Assembly: GCA_014360005.1 (NCBI GenBank) | Contig: JACIYI010000016.1 | Location: forward strand, 54-64,053 | Origin: Candidatus Aminicenantes bacterium | Lineage (GTDB): Bacteria > Acidobacteriota > Aminicenantia > Aminicenantales > Saccharicenantaceae | Direction: 5' to 3' | DNA length: 64,000 nucleotides | In this document: positions 8,137 through 18,533 of the stretch, in pieces | How positions within the stretch are numbered: position 1 is the first letter of the stretch | Layout of the letters: every line of letters begins with the position of its first letter | Made by a program: the position numbers and the translations under genes | The notes under the pieces: generated by a model | What the model saw: only the letters and a program-made list of their open reading frames with translations | The model's database searches: none | Told to the model about the DNA's origin: nothing

Positions 8137-10431
8137 TTATTCTCCGGCAAAGGAAGTGATATTATACCTCAACTCTGATTTTTTGCTGAGCTGCCCGCTG
8201 CTGGCCACAACGCTGATGAGGTATTGACCCGGGGCCACTGGAAGCCAGGTCCAGGTATTATTCTTGGAAGCTTTCCTGACCAGCCGGTCGCGGCCGTCGG
8301 GAGTCCGGAGATAAAATGCATACCTGGGTTTTTCCAGGCCCGGAGCCAGGGCGGTAAATACTATCCTTCGTCCGGCCGGCTGCGGCGACTCTCTCGAAGG
8401 CCTGATGATAACCCGTGGCTCCTTTTTCAGGGCATAGACTAAGCTCAGGTCCTGACGGTAGTCATGACTGCCGGCCAGGAGCCAGTCGCCTATCCTGACC
8501 AGGTCCGTCTTTATTTCGAAGGTCAGAACAGTTTCAGATGTCTTCCGGCCTGTCTTCAGGTCCAGGCCGTACAAGATTTGGCCCGAAGGAATAATCAACT
8601 CCTCTTTCAGGATGGCCGGCCGACAACAGGCTCTGCCCGGCACCGTCTGCCACCAGAGAATATCACCAGCCGATTGTTTCAGCTTATAAATGATCCCGCC
8701 GGTGGTCAGCAGATAGAGATGGCGGCCATCAGAAAGCAGGTGTTGAACCCGCTGGCTGCCCAGGTTAACTTCCCAGCAGATCTTTTTTCTGGACAAGTCA
8801 AAACATTTCACTTTTCCCGAGGTCGTGCTGAAGTAAATCTTTGGTCCCCAGGCCGGCAGGAAGGTCCCGAATTCATCCTGGAAGTCGTGTTGGTCTATTT
8901 TCCGGCCTGTCTCCAGGCTACACCTGAGGAGCCGCCCTGAAAGGCAGGGAACCAGAACCTCCGAACTGTAAATGATAAGCGGCCCGGAAAATTCCGCTGG
9001 AAGCTCCTGTTTCCAGAGTAATTCGGCCGTTTCAGTCGAGCGAGCTTCAAGACTTTTCTTAAAAGGCAAAAGCAGCCGGTTTCCGGACTCGGCCGGGGCC
9101 CCGGCCAGAGGTTCAGCCAGCTCCACCTGAGTTCCTGCCTTTATTCCAGAAGAACTCAGCCCCCACAGCTTCCCGTCAGAGACCAGCCAGAAGCCAGCTC
9201 TTCCCGGGACCGGTTTTTGCTCAAGTTTTATTTCCAGGAGGCCGGAGCCCTTCTTTTCCCCGGACTGAACTTCAATTAATTCGTAAGCCGGTTGATTATT
9301 TTCATAAAACCACCAGAGCCTGTCCCCATAAGGCACCAGATGATTGACCCGGCCACGGGCAAAGTTGACCCAGCCCCTGGTCAAGGAAAACAGGTAACTC
9401 TCCTCCGGAGCTTGCCCCACAGCTCCCCTGCCCCCTTCATCCTTCCGGGTCTGGGGCCGGTTTATATTCTCAGCCGTTTGACGCGAGCCGGTGCCATCTG
9501 CTATCAGCCGGGATGGTCTCATCTCTTCCGGTTTATCAGGTGACTGAACTGGAGCCAGGCTAAACGCTGTTTCTTTTCCGGCCGCTTGAATAACAGCTCG
9601 CTCCCTGTGCTTTTCTGGTTCTGACCGACCCGCTGAAAGAAGCTCATCTATCCTGACCAGAGCGTAGCCCCGGGCAGTCAGTTCTTCTATTAGTTCCCCC
9701 AGCCGGAAATAGAACAGGTCGGTTCTCTCCGCTGCCGTCCCGAGATGGACCAATAGAATAAAACCGTTGAGTCCGTCCGGCGACCTGGTCTCGTATTCAA
9801 GCAGCTGGTTTAGAATTTCTTCAGACGAGCGATAATTGGGCTGGTCCGGAGTGGTGTAATCGGAGCTGGTTACAAGACCGGGAGTGAAATTTATCACTGC
9901 CACTCCAACCTCCGCGGCCCAGCCGGCGATTTCCTGGTTATACCATTCATAGGGTGGCATAAAATAGCGGGCCCGGTCTCTGCTCACCCCGAATTTTTCC
10001 AGCTCCAGGTAATTATTTGCCAGGTCGGTCATAAACTCTTCCTTCGTGACCAGGGTTTTCTGCCGGTCCTGCCAGTCGCAATAAAGAAGATGGCGGTCGG
10101 AATGAGGGCCCAGGTAATGTCCGTCCTCAACCATTTTCTCTATCCAGCCGCGGAATTCAGGTTGACGCAAAAAATTGCCGGTGAAGAAAAAAGAGGCTTT
10201 AAGCTTTCGCTGCCTTAATTCCGACAGGATGTATTCAGCCCCCTCCCCGTAATAATCCGCAGTAAAGACCAGAGCCAGCTGATTTCGGTCGCGGGGGCCA
10301 CGAATTATCCCGCCCTGCTCCAGGGTCAGGGTCTGGGCCGAAATGAAATCCGCTAAAAACAACACCACCAGGAATAAGCCGACCGATAAGGACGGAAGTC
10401 CTGCTCTTTTTCTAACTGGTGGCCTGGCCAT
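8137..10431 (-). CDS. Secreted polysaccharide deacetylase (NodB/CE4) fused to PQQ-like beta-propeller and C-terminal Ig-like domain
   Basis: LVFTAD, HSDRH, FMPPYE, ILLVH CE4 motifs; repeated (T/S)G..W propeller blades; YAFY...TWTWLP..PGQYLISV C-terminus. Confidence 0.8.
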   Translation of the reverse strand: MARPPVRKRAGLPSLSVGLFLVVLFLADFISAQTLTLEQGGIIRGPRDRNQLALVFTADYYGEGAEYILSELRQRKLKASFFFTGNFLRQPEFRGWIEKMVEDGHYLGPHSDRHLLYCDWQDRQKTLVTKEEFMTDLANNYLELEKFGVSRDRARYFMPPYEWYNQEIAGWAAEVGVAVINFTPGLVTSSDYTTPDQPNYRSSEEILNQLLEYETRSPDGLNGFILLVHLGTAAERTDLFYFRLGELIEELTARGYALVRIDELLSAGRSEPEKHRERAVIQAAGKETAFSLAPVQSPDKPEEMRPSRLIADGTGSRQTAENINRPQTRKDEGGRGAVGQAPEESYLFSLTRGWVNFARGRVNHLVPYGDRLWWFYENNQPAYELIEVQSGEKKGSGLLEIKLEQKPVPGRAGFWLVSDGKLWGLSSSGIKAGTQVELAEPLAGAPAESGNRLLLPFKKSLEARSTETAELLWKQELPAEFSGPLIIYSSEVLVPCLSGRLLRCSLETGRKIDQHDFQDEFGTFLPAWGPKIYFSTTSGKVKCFDLSRKKICWEVNLGSQRVQHLLSDGRHLYLLTTGGIIYKLKQSAGDILWWQTVPGRACCRPAILKEELIIPSGQILYGLDLKTGRKTSETVLTFEIKTDLVRIGDWLLAGSHDYRQDLSLVYALKKEPRVIIRPSRESPQPAGRRIVFTALAPGLEKPRYAFYLRTPDGRDRLVRKASKNNTWTWLPVAPGQYLISVVASSGQLSKKSELRYNITSFAGE

Positions 10432-10471
10432 TGGTGCTTTGAAAAATCATTGTAAATAAACCCGGCCGATT

Positions 10472-10750
10472 GTGCAAACTGTAAGCTTTACTTATCCTGT
10501 CCTTGTTGCTATCATTTTTCCAATGATTAACTACATTCTTCTTTATAAAATCAGGAAGCTGGTCAAGCAGATCCTGAAAGAAAAAATCGAGGACGGCGAG
10601 ATCGCCACCACCCCTCGCTCCTGCCTGGGCTGTCTGGCTGATGAGATCAGCTGGGAAATTTATTACCTTTTCAAGGAAAGAGAAGAACGGAAAAAAGAAG
10701 GCAGCCAACAGGCTGGGGAAGACAAAGAAGAACCAGAAGATAGTAAATAA
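10472..10750 (+). CDS. Small hypothetical protein with one N-terminal TM helix and CxxC
   Basis: 92-aa ORF in intergenic gap; hydrophobic N-terminus, CLGC, charged tail. Confidence 0.55.
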   Translation: MQTVSFTYPVLVAIIFPMINYILLYKIRKLVKQILKEKIEDGEIATTPRSCLGCLADEISWEIYYLFKEREERKKEGSQQAGEDKEEPEDSK

Positions 10751-11065
10751 GCCCCACTTCGTCCTTACCCAATAACCATAACAGCAATAAATAGCTCCGC
10801 CTTTCCTGGCACGAAAAAATTTTAATACCTTGATAGTGCTGCCGAGTTTCCGGGGTAATTACCCCACCAAATCAAATGAGACTATCTGGAGAGGATTCAT
10901 TTCTGCCTGAACCAGGAGGACCCGGTCCTGTAACTTTCGCCAGTCCACCTGAATTGAATTTACTAAAAAGACTGGCATCCGCTGGCCACGACCAAGCCAG
11001 GCCGATCAGAGCCGAGTACAGCACCTGGAACTGTGCCTGGCCGAATTCTTAAATCACCCTGCCGG

Positions 11066-12397
11066 TCAGTCTTCCTGGCCTGACTTGTCCCGACGGATTT
11101 TTTCCTTAAGAGCTTCCCACCAGTCTATACGCTTCTTGATTTCTTTCTCGAAGCCCAGGTTGCCAGGCTGGTAATACTTTCGTCCTCGCAGCCGCTCCGG
11201 GAAAGTCTCCATGTCAGTCGTTGACAGCGGATGGTCATGAGCGTACTGGTAGGCCTGGCCGTAGCCTATTTCTTTCATCAGTGGAGTCACCGGGTTGCGG
11301 ATGTGCAGAGGCACCGGTTCATAGGGACTTTCCTCAACTTCTTTCATGGCCTGACCGAAGGCCACATAAATACGGTTGCTCTTGGGAGCCGAAGCCAGGT
11401 AGACCACAGCTTCGGCCAGGGCCAGTTCCCCTTCTGGTGAGCCCAGAAAATCGTAGGCCTCCTTGGCCCTCAGGGCCACGGCCAGGGCCTGGGGGTCGGC
11501 TAACCCGATATCTTCCGAAGCAAACCGCACCAGGCGCCGGGCTATGTACAGCGGGTCTTCCCCGGCATAGAGCATCCGGGCCAGCCAGTAAAGGGAAGCA
11601 TCCACGTCGGAGTTTCGCAGGCTCTTGTGCAGGGCGGAAATCAGGTTAAAATGCTCTTCCCCGGCCTTGTCATAGAGCAGAATCCGTTTCTGCAGGGCCT
11701 CTTCCACTTCCCGGGTCGTGATTTCCTTCCCGCGGGTCAGGCTGGCGGCGATTTCCAGGGCATTCAGCACCCGGCGGGCATCACCGTTGGACTGTTCGAG
11801 AAGCAGCCTGACGGCTTCATCGTTTATCCTGAGACGGAGCTGGCCCAGACCGTTGACCTCGTCGGTCAGGGCATCTTCTATAATCTTTCTCAGGGCTGTT
11901 TCCTCCAGCGGCTTCAAGACCAGCACTTTGGTCCGGGAGAGCAGGGGGGCAATAACCTCAAAAGAAGGATTTTCGGTGGTGGAGCCAAAGAGAATGACAT
12001 CTCCCCTTTCGACATATGGCAGAAAAGCCGATTGCTGAGCCTTGTTGAAGCGGTGGATTTCATCAATGAAAATAATTATAGGTTTGCCGTAGAGCCTTTT
12101 CTGCTGCTCGGCCTGAGCCATGACTTCCTTGATTTCTTTTATCCCGGAAAGAACCGCGCTGTAGAACAGACAGGTCAGGTCAAAGTGGCGAGCCAGCATC
12201 ATTCCCAGGGTGGTCTTGCCAGAACCGGGCGGTCCCCAGAAGATGATGGACACCAGGTGCCCCGAATCAATCAGTTCAGTCAGAATTTTCCCCGGGCCCA
12301 GGAGATGCTCCTGGCCGTAGAAACGGTCAAAGGTCTGGGGTCTCATCCTCTCGGCTAAAGGAATGTGCTGGCTGTCGGGTCTGTCGGCTTTTTTCAT
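11066..12397 (-). CDS. rarA: Replication-associated recombination protein A (AAA+ ATPase)
   Basis: PLAERMRP, GPPGSGKT, FIDEIHRFNKAQQ, TTENPSF, ISALHKS, ASEDIGLADP. Confidence 0.97.
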   Translation of the reverse strand: MKKADRPDSQHIPLAERMRPQTFDRFYGQEHLLGPGKILTELIDSGHLVSIIFWGPPGSGKTTLGMMLARHFDLTCLFYSAVLSGIKEIKEVMAQAEQQKRLYGKPIIIFIDEIHRFNKAQQSAFLPYVERGDVILFGSTTENPSFEVIAPLLSRTKVLVLKPLEETALRKIIEDALTDEVNGLGQLRLRINDEAVRLLLEQSNGDARRVLNALEIAASLTRGKEITTREVEEALQKRILLYDKAGEEHFNLISALHKSLRNSDVDASLYWLARMLYAGEDPLYIARRLVRFASEDIGLADPQALAVALRAKEAYDFLGSPEGELALAEAVVYLASAPKSNRIYVAFGQAMKEVEESPYEPVPLHIRNPVTPLMKEIGYGQAYQYAHDHPLSTTDMETFPERLRGRKYYQPGNLGFEKEIKKRIDWWEALKEKIRRDKSGQED

Positions 12398-12579
12398 GAC
12401 CTTGCCTGAAAATTATTTAAACCGGCTGCTATCCGGGCGCTCTTATTATATTATCATCGGCCAGGTTTTCATAGCCGCAGCAGGTTTTACCGGCCTATAC
12501 ACCAGGTCCAAAACCTGCCGGAAACGTAATAACTCTTTTTATTAAAGGCTAATTTCATTAAAATATCCTTCAGGAGCAA

Positions 12580-13482
12580 GTGATGAAGAAAAAACAGTTT
12601 GGACCAGCCTTCAAACCAGCAATCGGTGCGATTCTGACCGTTCTGCTGACCCTGATTTTTTTGGCCAGCCTGGCTCTGGCCCAGGGCCGTCCGCGGGGTT
12701 ATCTATTTATCATCGGCGGCGGCACCAGGCCGGAACCGATGATGAAGCGTTTCGTGGACCTGGCCAGCCGGGCCGGAACTGGCCGAATTGTGGTCCTGCC
12801 GATGGCCAGCGCCACCCCCGACGAGACCGGGCGTAGGCTGGTAGAAGAATTTAAGCAGCTCGGAGCCAAAGAAGTTGCCTATTACAACTTCAGCCGCAAA
12901 GAAGCTGAAAATTATTCCAACGCCAGGCTGCTGGCCGAAAGCGGCGGGATCTTTTTCTCTGGCGGCGTCCAGACCAGGATTACCGAGGCCATCCTGGATA
13001 CGCCCATCCATAACATGATTAAAGAACTTTACCAGAAAGGGGCGGTTATTGGCGGAACGAGCGCCGGGGCAGCCGCAATGAGCGAGTTGATGATTACTGG
13101 CGACGAGGCCAGAAAGCCAGAAGAAGGTCATGAATTCGAGACAATAGAAGCCGGGAACGTAATAGTGGCTCGGGGTCTGGGTCTGATCAAATCGGCCATC
13201 ATCGACCAGCATTTCGCCACCCGCAAGAGGCACAACCGCCTGATCAGCCTGATAGCCGGCCATCCGGAACTGGTGGGCGTGGGTATTGATGAAGCCACGG
13301 CCATCATCGTCAACCCGAATGAAACCTTTGAAGTGGTCGGCTACAAGAATGTAATTGTTTATGATTCCGGGCGAGCTCAGGTCGAAGTTCGCGGCGATAA
13401 AGCCCTGTCTATCCGGGGAATGCTGATGCACGTCCTGCTGGAAGGCGAGCGCTTTGACCTGAAGAAGAGGCGGCCGTTTTGA
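12580..13482 (+). CDS. Cyanophycinase-family serine peptidase (S51) with signal peptide
   Basis: LFIIGGG, FFSGGVQ, GGTSAGAA, IIDQHF..RHNRL, GIDEAT motifs; signal peptide ALA-Q. Confidence 0.9.
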   Translation: MMKKKQFGPAFKPAIGAILTVLLTLIFLASLALAQGRPRGYLFIIGGGTRPEPMMKRFVDLASRAGTGRIVVLPMASATPDETGRRLVEEFKQLGAKEVAYYNFSRKEAENYSNARLLAESGGIFFSGGVQTRITEAILDTPIHNMIKELYQKGAVIGGTSAGAAAMSELMITGDEARKPEEGHEFETIEAGNVIVARGLGLIKSAIIDQHFATRKRHNRLISLIAGHPELVGVGIDEATAIIVNPNETFEVVGYKNVIVYDSGRAQVEVRGDKALSIRGMLMHVLLEGERFDLKKRRPF

Positions 13483-13564
13483 GCCACAACCAGGGGTCAG
13501 GGCCAGGCCTGATGGTTCTTGACGGCCCGGCGGCTAAGTGTTAATGTTTTGAGGACATCTACTC

Positions 13565-13951
13565 ATGACCCAGGAACAGAAAGCCAACAGCCTGCGAGAA
13601 GCCATAAACAAGAAATTGATCTTCTCCCTGGAAGAAGTCTGCCGCCTGCTGAAAATCAGCCCGGAGACAGTCAGGGAATGGGAAAAGGAATTCCCCCTGT
13701 TTTACGCTGGACAGACCGCCGGCGGCAAAAAGATTTACCGTCAGAAGGATGTGCTGATAATCCTGCGCCTTAAAGAGCTCCTGGAAGAAAATACTCTGAC
13801 CAGTGCCGGCATCAGAAGAAAGGTCGAAGAGGAATTCGGCTTCAAGACCGATAAGATTCCGCCGGAAAAGCTCTATTCGGCCTTAGCCCAGATTAAGGAA
13901 GAGCTGGCCGAAATTCTCCAGACCCTTGAAAAAAAAGGCAAAAAAGGTTAA
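13565..13951 (+). CDS. MerR-family HTH transcriptional regulator
   Basis: FSLEEVCRLLKISPETVREWEKEFP..GKKIY; classic position just before tRNA-Pro(GGG). Confidence 0.85.
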   Translation: MTQEQKANSLREAINKKLIFSLEEVCRLLKISPETVREWEKEFPLFYAGQTAGGKKIYRQKDVLIILRLKELLEENTLTSAGIRRKVEEEFGFKTDKIPPEKLYSALAQIKEELAEILQTLEKKGKKG

Positions 13952-13974
13952 ATTAATTTACCCTTATCACCAAT

Positions 13975-14048
13975 CGGGACGTGGCGCAGCCTGGTAGCGC
14001 ACATGCTTGGGGTGCATGGGGTCAGCGGTTCAAATCCGCTCGTCCCGA
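13975..14048 (+). tRNA. tRNA-Pro (GGG)
   Basis: Acceptor stem CGGGACG/CGTCCCG, anticodon arm CATGC-TTGGGGT-GCATG, T-loop GTTCAAATC; CCA not encoded. Confidence 0.96.
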
Positions 14049-14153
14049 TTTTTTTTATTTGGCCAGCCGTCATAAAGGAAAATCAGAAAATTCCGGTATC
14101 CTGCCCTAACTCCAAGCAGCAGTGTTATGAGAATGTCGGTCAGGTCGGTCTTG

Positions 14154-14348
14154 CTACAGGGTGTTGATTTTAAGAATCGTGTAGATACCGCAATACCTGG
14201 TGACGGCGGTCAAGACCAGGATCAACCCCAGGATGATTAAAATCCAGCGTAAGACCTTGCCGGTTTTTACCCTGAGAACCGGGGTCAGGTGGATAAAGAC
14301 CCAGCCCACGATAAAACGAATCAGGGCGTCAGTCAGTCCGACGTTCAT
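14154..14348 (-). CDS. DUF2892 (YgaP-like) small membrane protein
   Basis: NVGLTDALIRFIVG...TAVTRYCGIY pattern; AAGGAGG SD. Confidence 0.8.
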   Translation of the reverse strand: MNVGLTDALIRFIVGWVFIHLTPVLRVKTGKVLRWILIILGLILVLTAVTRYCGIYTILKINTL

Positions 14349-14616
14349 TTTGCCCTCCTTATTTATAAGTTCTTAAAATCTTAACTCTTAAATTATCCCT
14401 CTCATTTTAAGAAGCTTATCACAAAATTTTATTAATGAATTTGAAATAAAGCAACTGTTTTATCAGCCAGAAATGTAAACTTCCGCCCGGCTGCTTCCTC
14501 TTTGGGCCTAAGGAAGGTAAATCAACCTGTCTTCAAACCCCACTTATAGATAATTGCAGTCATTTCTTCTATAATAAACAGAAATTGGACTGAATGGCTA
14601 AACACAGCAGGAGAAC

Positions 14617-15450
14617 ATGGCCCTTAAAAGAAAGAGAGAGCAACCCCTGTTTCTACTGACCAATGACGATGGTTATTTTTCCCCGGGAATCACCGCCCTG
14701 GCCGAGGAGCTGGGCCAGATGGGGCAGGTTTACATCATTGCTCCCGACCGGGAAAAGAGTTCCATTTCCCTGGCCCTGACCCTGCGCCGGCCGCTGCGGG
14801 CTGAAAAAATTGACAGGAATACCTATGCCGTGGACGGCACTCCGGCTGACTGTGTCTACATCGCCCTGCGACACATCCTTCCCCGGCAGCCAGACCTGCT
14901 GATTTCCGGTATTAACAGAGGGGCCAACCTCGGTTGCCAGGACGTTTCTTATTCAGGGACGGTAGCTGCCGCCCTGCAGGGAACTTTCATGGGCATCCCT
15001 TCCCTGGCCGTTTCTCATTTAGGAAGACGAACCAAAAACGGCAGCTTCTATGATTTTAAGGGCGCGGCTTCTCTGGTCAGGCCCATAGTTGAGTCCATCC
15101 TGCAGAACGGTCTGCCCCGCCGGGTCTATCTCAACATCAACATCCCCCCGCTTCCGGTTAAAGGTATTAAGATTACCCGCCTGGGAGAAAAACGCTATTC
15201 ACCAGAGCTGGTCAGAAAAAGGGACCCGCGGGGAAAAACTTATTTCTGGATTGGCGTGGGCCACCCCAAAGCAGTTGGCCCCAAAGATTCGGATGTCCAG
15301 GTGGTGGACCGGGGCTGGGTGTCTGTCACTCCGCTGCAGATAGACCGGACGGCCCATCCGCTCCTGGGCCACAGGCTTCTGGAAAGCCTGAAAAATTGCT
15401 GGCCGCCGGAAAAATCCCGTATAAATAATCGTATAAAGAAAAAGAGTTGA
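14617..15450 (+). CDS. surE: 5'/3'-nucleotidase SurE
   Basis: LLTNDDG, GTPADCV, SGINRGANLG, YSGTVAAA. Confidence 0.97.
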   Translation: MALKRKREQPLFLLTNDDGYFSPGITALAEELGQMGQVYIIAPDREKSSISLALTLRRPLRAEKIDRNTYAVDGTPADCVYIALRHILPRQPDLLISGINRGANLGCQDVSYSGTVAAALQGTFMGIPSLAVSHLGRRTKNGSFYDFKGAASLVRPIVESILQNGLPRRVYLNINIPPLPVKGIKITRLGEKRYSPELVRKRDPRGKTYFWIGVGHPKAVGPKDSDVQVVDRGWVSVTPLQIDRTAHPLLGHRLLESLKNCWPPEKSRINNRIKKKS

Positions 15451-15471
15451 GGCCCGGCCCTGAAGCCTGAA

Positions 15472-16140
15472 TCAGCCGGTTTGGCTGTCGCGGCCAGTTT
15501 TCTTCTGTCCTTTTTTTCTCAGGGCGCTGATGGCCGTCGGGACTACCGAGATCAAGATAATGGCCACTATCACCAGGGAAAAATTGTTTTTGATTACCGG
15601 AACGTTGCCGAAGAAATATCCGCCGAACAGAAAAAGCGAAACCCAGAGAATGCTGCCAGCCAGGCTGTAGACCAGAAATCTGGCGTAGGTCATCCGACCT
15701 ATCCCGGCCACAAAAGGGGCAAAGGTCCGGATAAAAGGCATGAACCGGGCCACGATAATGGTCAGGCTGCCATACTTCTCATAAAAGCGGTGCGTCTTAT
15801 CCAGGTATTCTTTATTAAAAAACCGGCTTTTTTCTTTCTTGAACACCCCCGGCCCGACCTTGGAGCCAATCCAGTAGTTGGTGATATTACCTAAAAAGGC
15901 GGCCAGGGACAGGAGCAGGAAAAGCCCCCAGATATTTAAGTTGCCGATGGCCGCCAGGGCCCCGACCGCAAACAGCAGCGAGTCGCCCGGGAAAAAGGGA
16001 GTCACCACAAACCCGGTCTCCGAGAAAATGACCGTAAAGAGGATGAGGTAAGTCCACAGACCATACTGGTTGATGATGTCCACGACATAGCGGTCCAGGT
16101 GGATGGCTATGTCAAACAGCCTCTTGACTAAATCTATCAA
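15472..16140 (-). CDS. dedA: DedA family membrane protein
   Basis: FSETG..PFFPGDSLLFAVG, ARFMPFIRTFAPFVAG; likely TTG start at 16140 after GGAAGG (track start overlaps next gene). Confidence 0.9.
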   Translation of the reverse strand: MIDLVKRLFDIAIHLDRYVVDIINQYGLWTYLILFTVIFSETGFVVTPFFPGDSLLFAVGALAAIGNLNIWGLFLLLSLAAFLGNITNYWIGSKVGPGVFKKEKSRFFNKEYLDKTHRFYEKYGSLTIIVARFMPFIRTFAPFVAGIGRMTYARFLVYSLAGSILWVSLFLFGGYFFGNVPVIKNNFSLVIVAIILISVVPTAISALRKKGQKKTGRDSQTG

Positions 16141-16322
16141 TGGTCGTCCTTCCCCGTCTGCCGGGACCAATTTTTTAAGGAAATTAACTATACTTTTTTT
16201 TTGCCAAGCTGACAAGCAATTTATCAGGCTAAAAAATCCTGTAAAAGAGCTGCTGGCTTCTGCCTGTCTATCGGGCTGCCATCCGACCCAGGCTCTGGTA
16301 TAATGAGCCTGGAAAATTGTAG

Positions 16323-17315
16323 ATGGAAAACAGAGATTTCTTTCTGGAGCGGAAACTCGAAGCCGTAGACCGGGCTCTCGCCAGACTTTCCCCATTTGAA
16401 ACTGACTGCATTCTCTGCCCGCGGGAATGCCGTGTCGACCGCACCAGGGGTCAGACCGGGGTCTGTCAGACGGGCAGCCTGGCCCGGGTGTCGGTCGGGC
16501 TGCTCCATTTTGGCGAAGAACCGGTACTCAGCGGCCGCGGCCTGCCGGCCGGGGCCCGGGGTTCCGGTACCATCTTTTTCGCCGGCTGTAACCTGAAATG
16601 CCTGTTCTGCCAGAACTTCCAGCTCAGCTGGCTCAACGAAGGCCAGCTCCTGACAGAGGGAGAGCTGGCTGCCCTGATGCTGGAACTCCAGAGCCAGGGA
16701 GCCCTGAACATTAACCTGGTTTCCCCCACCCATGTCATCCTGCCGATTCTAAGAGCTTTGCGCCTGGCTTACCGGCAGGGCCTGTCCCTCCCCCTGGTTT
16801 ATAATTCCAACGGTTACGATTCGCTGGAAGTGGTGGAGCAACTGCGAGGAATCGTTGATATTTACCTGCCTGACCTGAAATACGTTTCTTCTGAGCTTTC
16901 CCGCCTCTATTCTTCAGCTCCCGATTATTTCGATAAGGCCAGACTGGCCCTGCAGGAAATGTACTGCCAGCAACCGGACCTGGTGCTCGACGACCGGGAA
17001 ATCGCCCGGCAGGGTCTGATAATCAGACACCTGGTGCTGCCGGGGGCGGCTGACGATTCCATCCGGGTGCTGGAGTGGATTGCCGAAAACCTGTCTACCT
17101 CGGTTGGGCTCAGCCTGATGAGCCAGTATCATCCCTGTTATAAAGCCCCGGCAGAAATTCAGAGGGAAATAACCCGAGAAGAATACCACCGGGTAATGAA
17201 GAGAGCCCTGGACCTGGGTTTTGAGAACCTTTTCCTGCAGCCCGAGCCTTTCCAGCCAGAGGAACACCTGGTGCCTGACTTCAGACGAAAACAGCCTTTC
17301 CGCTGGAAACTTTAA
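16323..17315 (+). CDS. Radical SAM protein, PflX-like
   Basis: CILCPRECRVDR, HFGEEP, GTIFFAGCNLKCLFCQN (CxxxCxxC), DIYLPDLKY, IIRHLVLP. Confidence 0.9.
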   Translation: MENRDFFLERKLEAVDRALARLSPFETDCILCPRECRVDRTRGQTGVCQTGSLARVSVGLLHFGEEPVLSGRGLPAGARGSGTIFFAGCNLKCLFCQNFQLSWLNEGQLLTEGELAALMLELQSQGALNINLVSPTHVILPILRALRLAYRQGLSLPLVYNSNGYDSLEVVEQLRGIVDIYLPDLKYVSSELSRLYSSAPDYFDKARLALQEMYCQQPDLVLDDREIARQGLIIRHLVLPGAADDSIRVLEWIAENLSTSVGLSLMSQYHPCYKAPAEIQREITREEYHRVMKRALDLGFENLFLQPEPFQPEEHLVPDFRRKQPFRWKL

Positions 17316-17746
17316 CCTGGACCTAAAGCCCGGAAACCGCCTCTCTAAAACGCTTTCCGGCCTGTGCCAGGCATATAATTACCAGGGCCCGAAGGTCAAG
17401 AAAGCTCATTTCTTGTCTTATCTCACCAGTCGTCGGGCTTAAACCTTATCGCCGACTCTTAAAAAAATAAAAATCTTTTAAGAAATCTATCCAGGCCGTT
17501 ATTTCTAAGGCCATAACTAAAATTTACCAGGCGTTGAGTGGTTATCTCCATCCATAGGAAAAGGCAATGCTTTCTTCTGGCCTTCTGGGCAGTCACCTGT
17601 CTGAGTCACCCTAAAAATTGGGATGAAAGATACTTTAATTAAAATCCTACACCACTACTGCCTTATATTTTTTCCTTATTAGACTGCTTCCCCGGCTTCT
17701 GGAGTGGAGGTCACACTCGAACGGTTAAATTTTCCAGAAAAAGGGC

Positions 17747-18379
17747 TTATTCGTAGACCAGTATTTCTACTCTTCTGTTCTTGGCCCGACCTGCCCGCGT
17801 GGTATTTTCGGCCACCGGCTTGGAGCTGCCATAGCTCACGGCAGACATCCGGTGGAGCGGGATGTGGTGGGTCTTGTAGAGATACATCATGACCGCTTCC
17901 GCTCTTTTCTGCCCCAGATAGATGTTGACCTCTTCCGGTCCGGTGTTATCGGTATGGCCCTGAATCTCCAGATAAACGCCCTTGTTTTCCTCGATCAACT
18001 TCTGGACAAAGCGGTCAATAGCGGCCTTGGCTTCGGCGCTGAGCTCGGCGCTGTTGAAGGCGAACTTAGCTTCGTCATTGCTCAGGGTGGCGGTCATGAC
18101 CAGATTGCCGCGAATCAGGGTCTTGACCTCTTCAATCTTGCCGTCGACCTGCTTGAACTGGGTATCATGCTTGCCGATGAGTTCGCCGATGGTGGCCAGT
18201 TTCTCGTCGTGCTCTTTGATTCTCTTCTGGGCTTCTTCAATTTCGCTGGAAATGCTGGCCACTTTCTGATCCACCGCGGCCACCTCGGTGCTGACATATT
18301 TCTTGGTGGCACAGCTTGAACCAAGCAGGACCAGGCCGATAACCAGAACCATCGCATAAAAAAGAAAGTTCTTTTTCAT
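17747..18379 (-). CDS. OmpA-family lipoprotein with coiled-coil
   Basis: Lipobox LLGSS-C; IQGHTD, LGQKRAEAV, NRRVEI; ATG 18379 with AGGAGG SD. Confidence 0.9.
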   Translation of the reverse strand: MKKNFLFYAMVLVIGLVLLGSSCATKKYVSTEVAAVDQKVASISSEIEEAQKRIKEHDEKLATIGELIGKHDTQFKQVDGKIEEVKTLIRGNLVMTATLSNDEAKFAFNSAELSAEAKAAIDRFVQKLIEENKGVYLEIQGHTDNTGPEEVNIYLGQKRAEAVMMYLYKTHHIPLHRMSAVSYGSSKPVAENTTRAGRAKNRRVEILVYE

Positions 18380-18533
18380 GCTGACCTCCTTTCTATCGGG
18401 TCTTAAGATAGGCTTTAAGGCCTTTGACTCCCTCATTTTTCTTATTATATCCCATCGTCCAGTCAATGTCATCCAGTATTTTTTGAGCTAAAGATCGCCT
18501 GCGGGACACCTCTCGTGGCCAGGTTGACCGTGT

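Noticed and set aside
16141-16395. N-terminal extension of DedA in the ORF track
   Set aside because: Overlaps the divergent radical SAM gene and its promoter region; homology and SD point to TTG 16140
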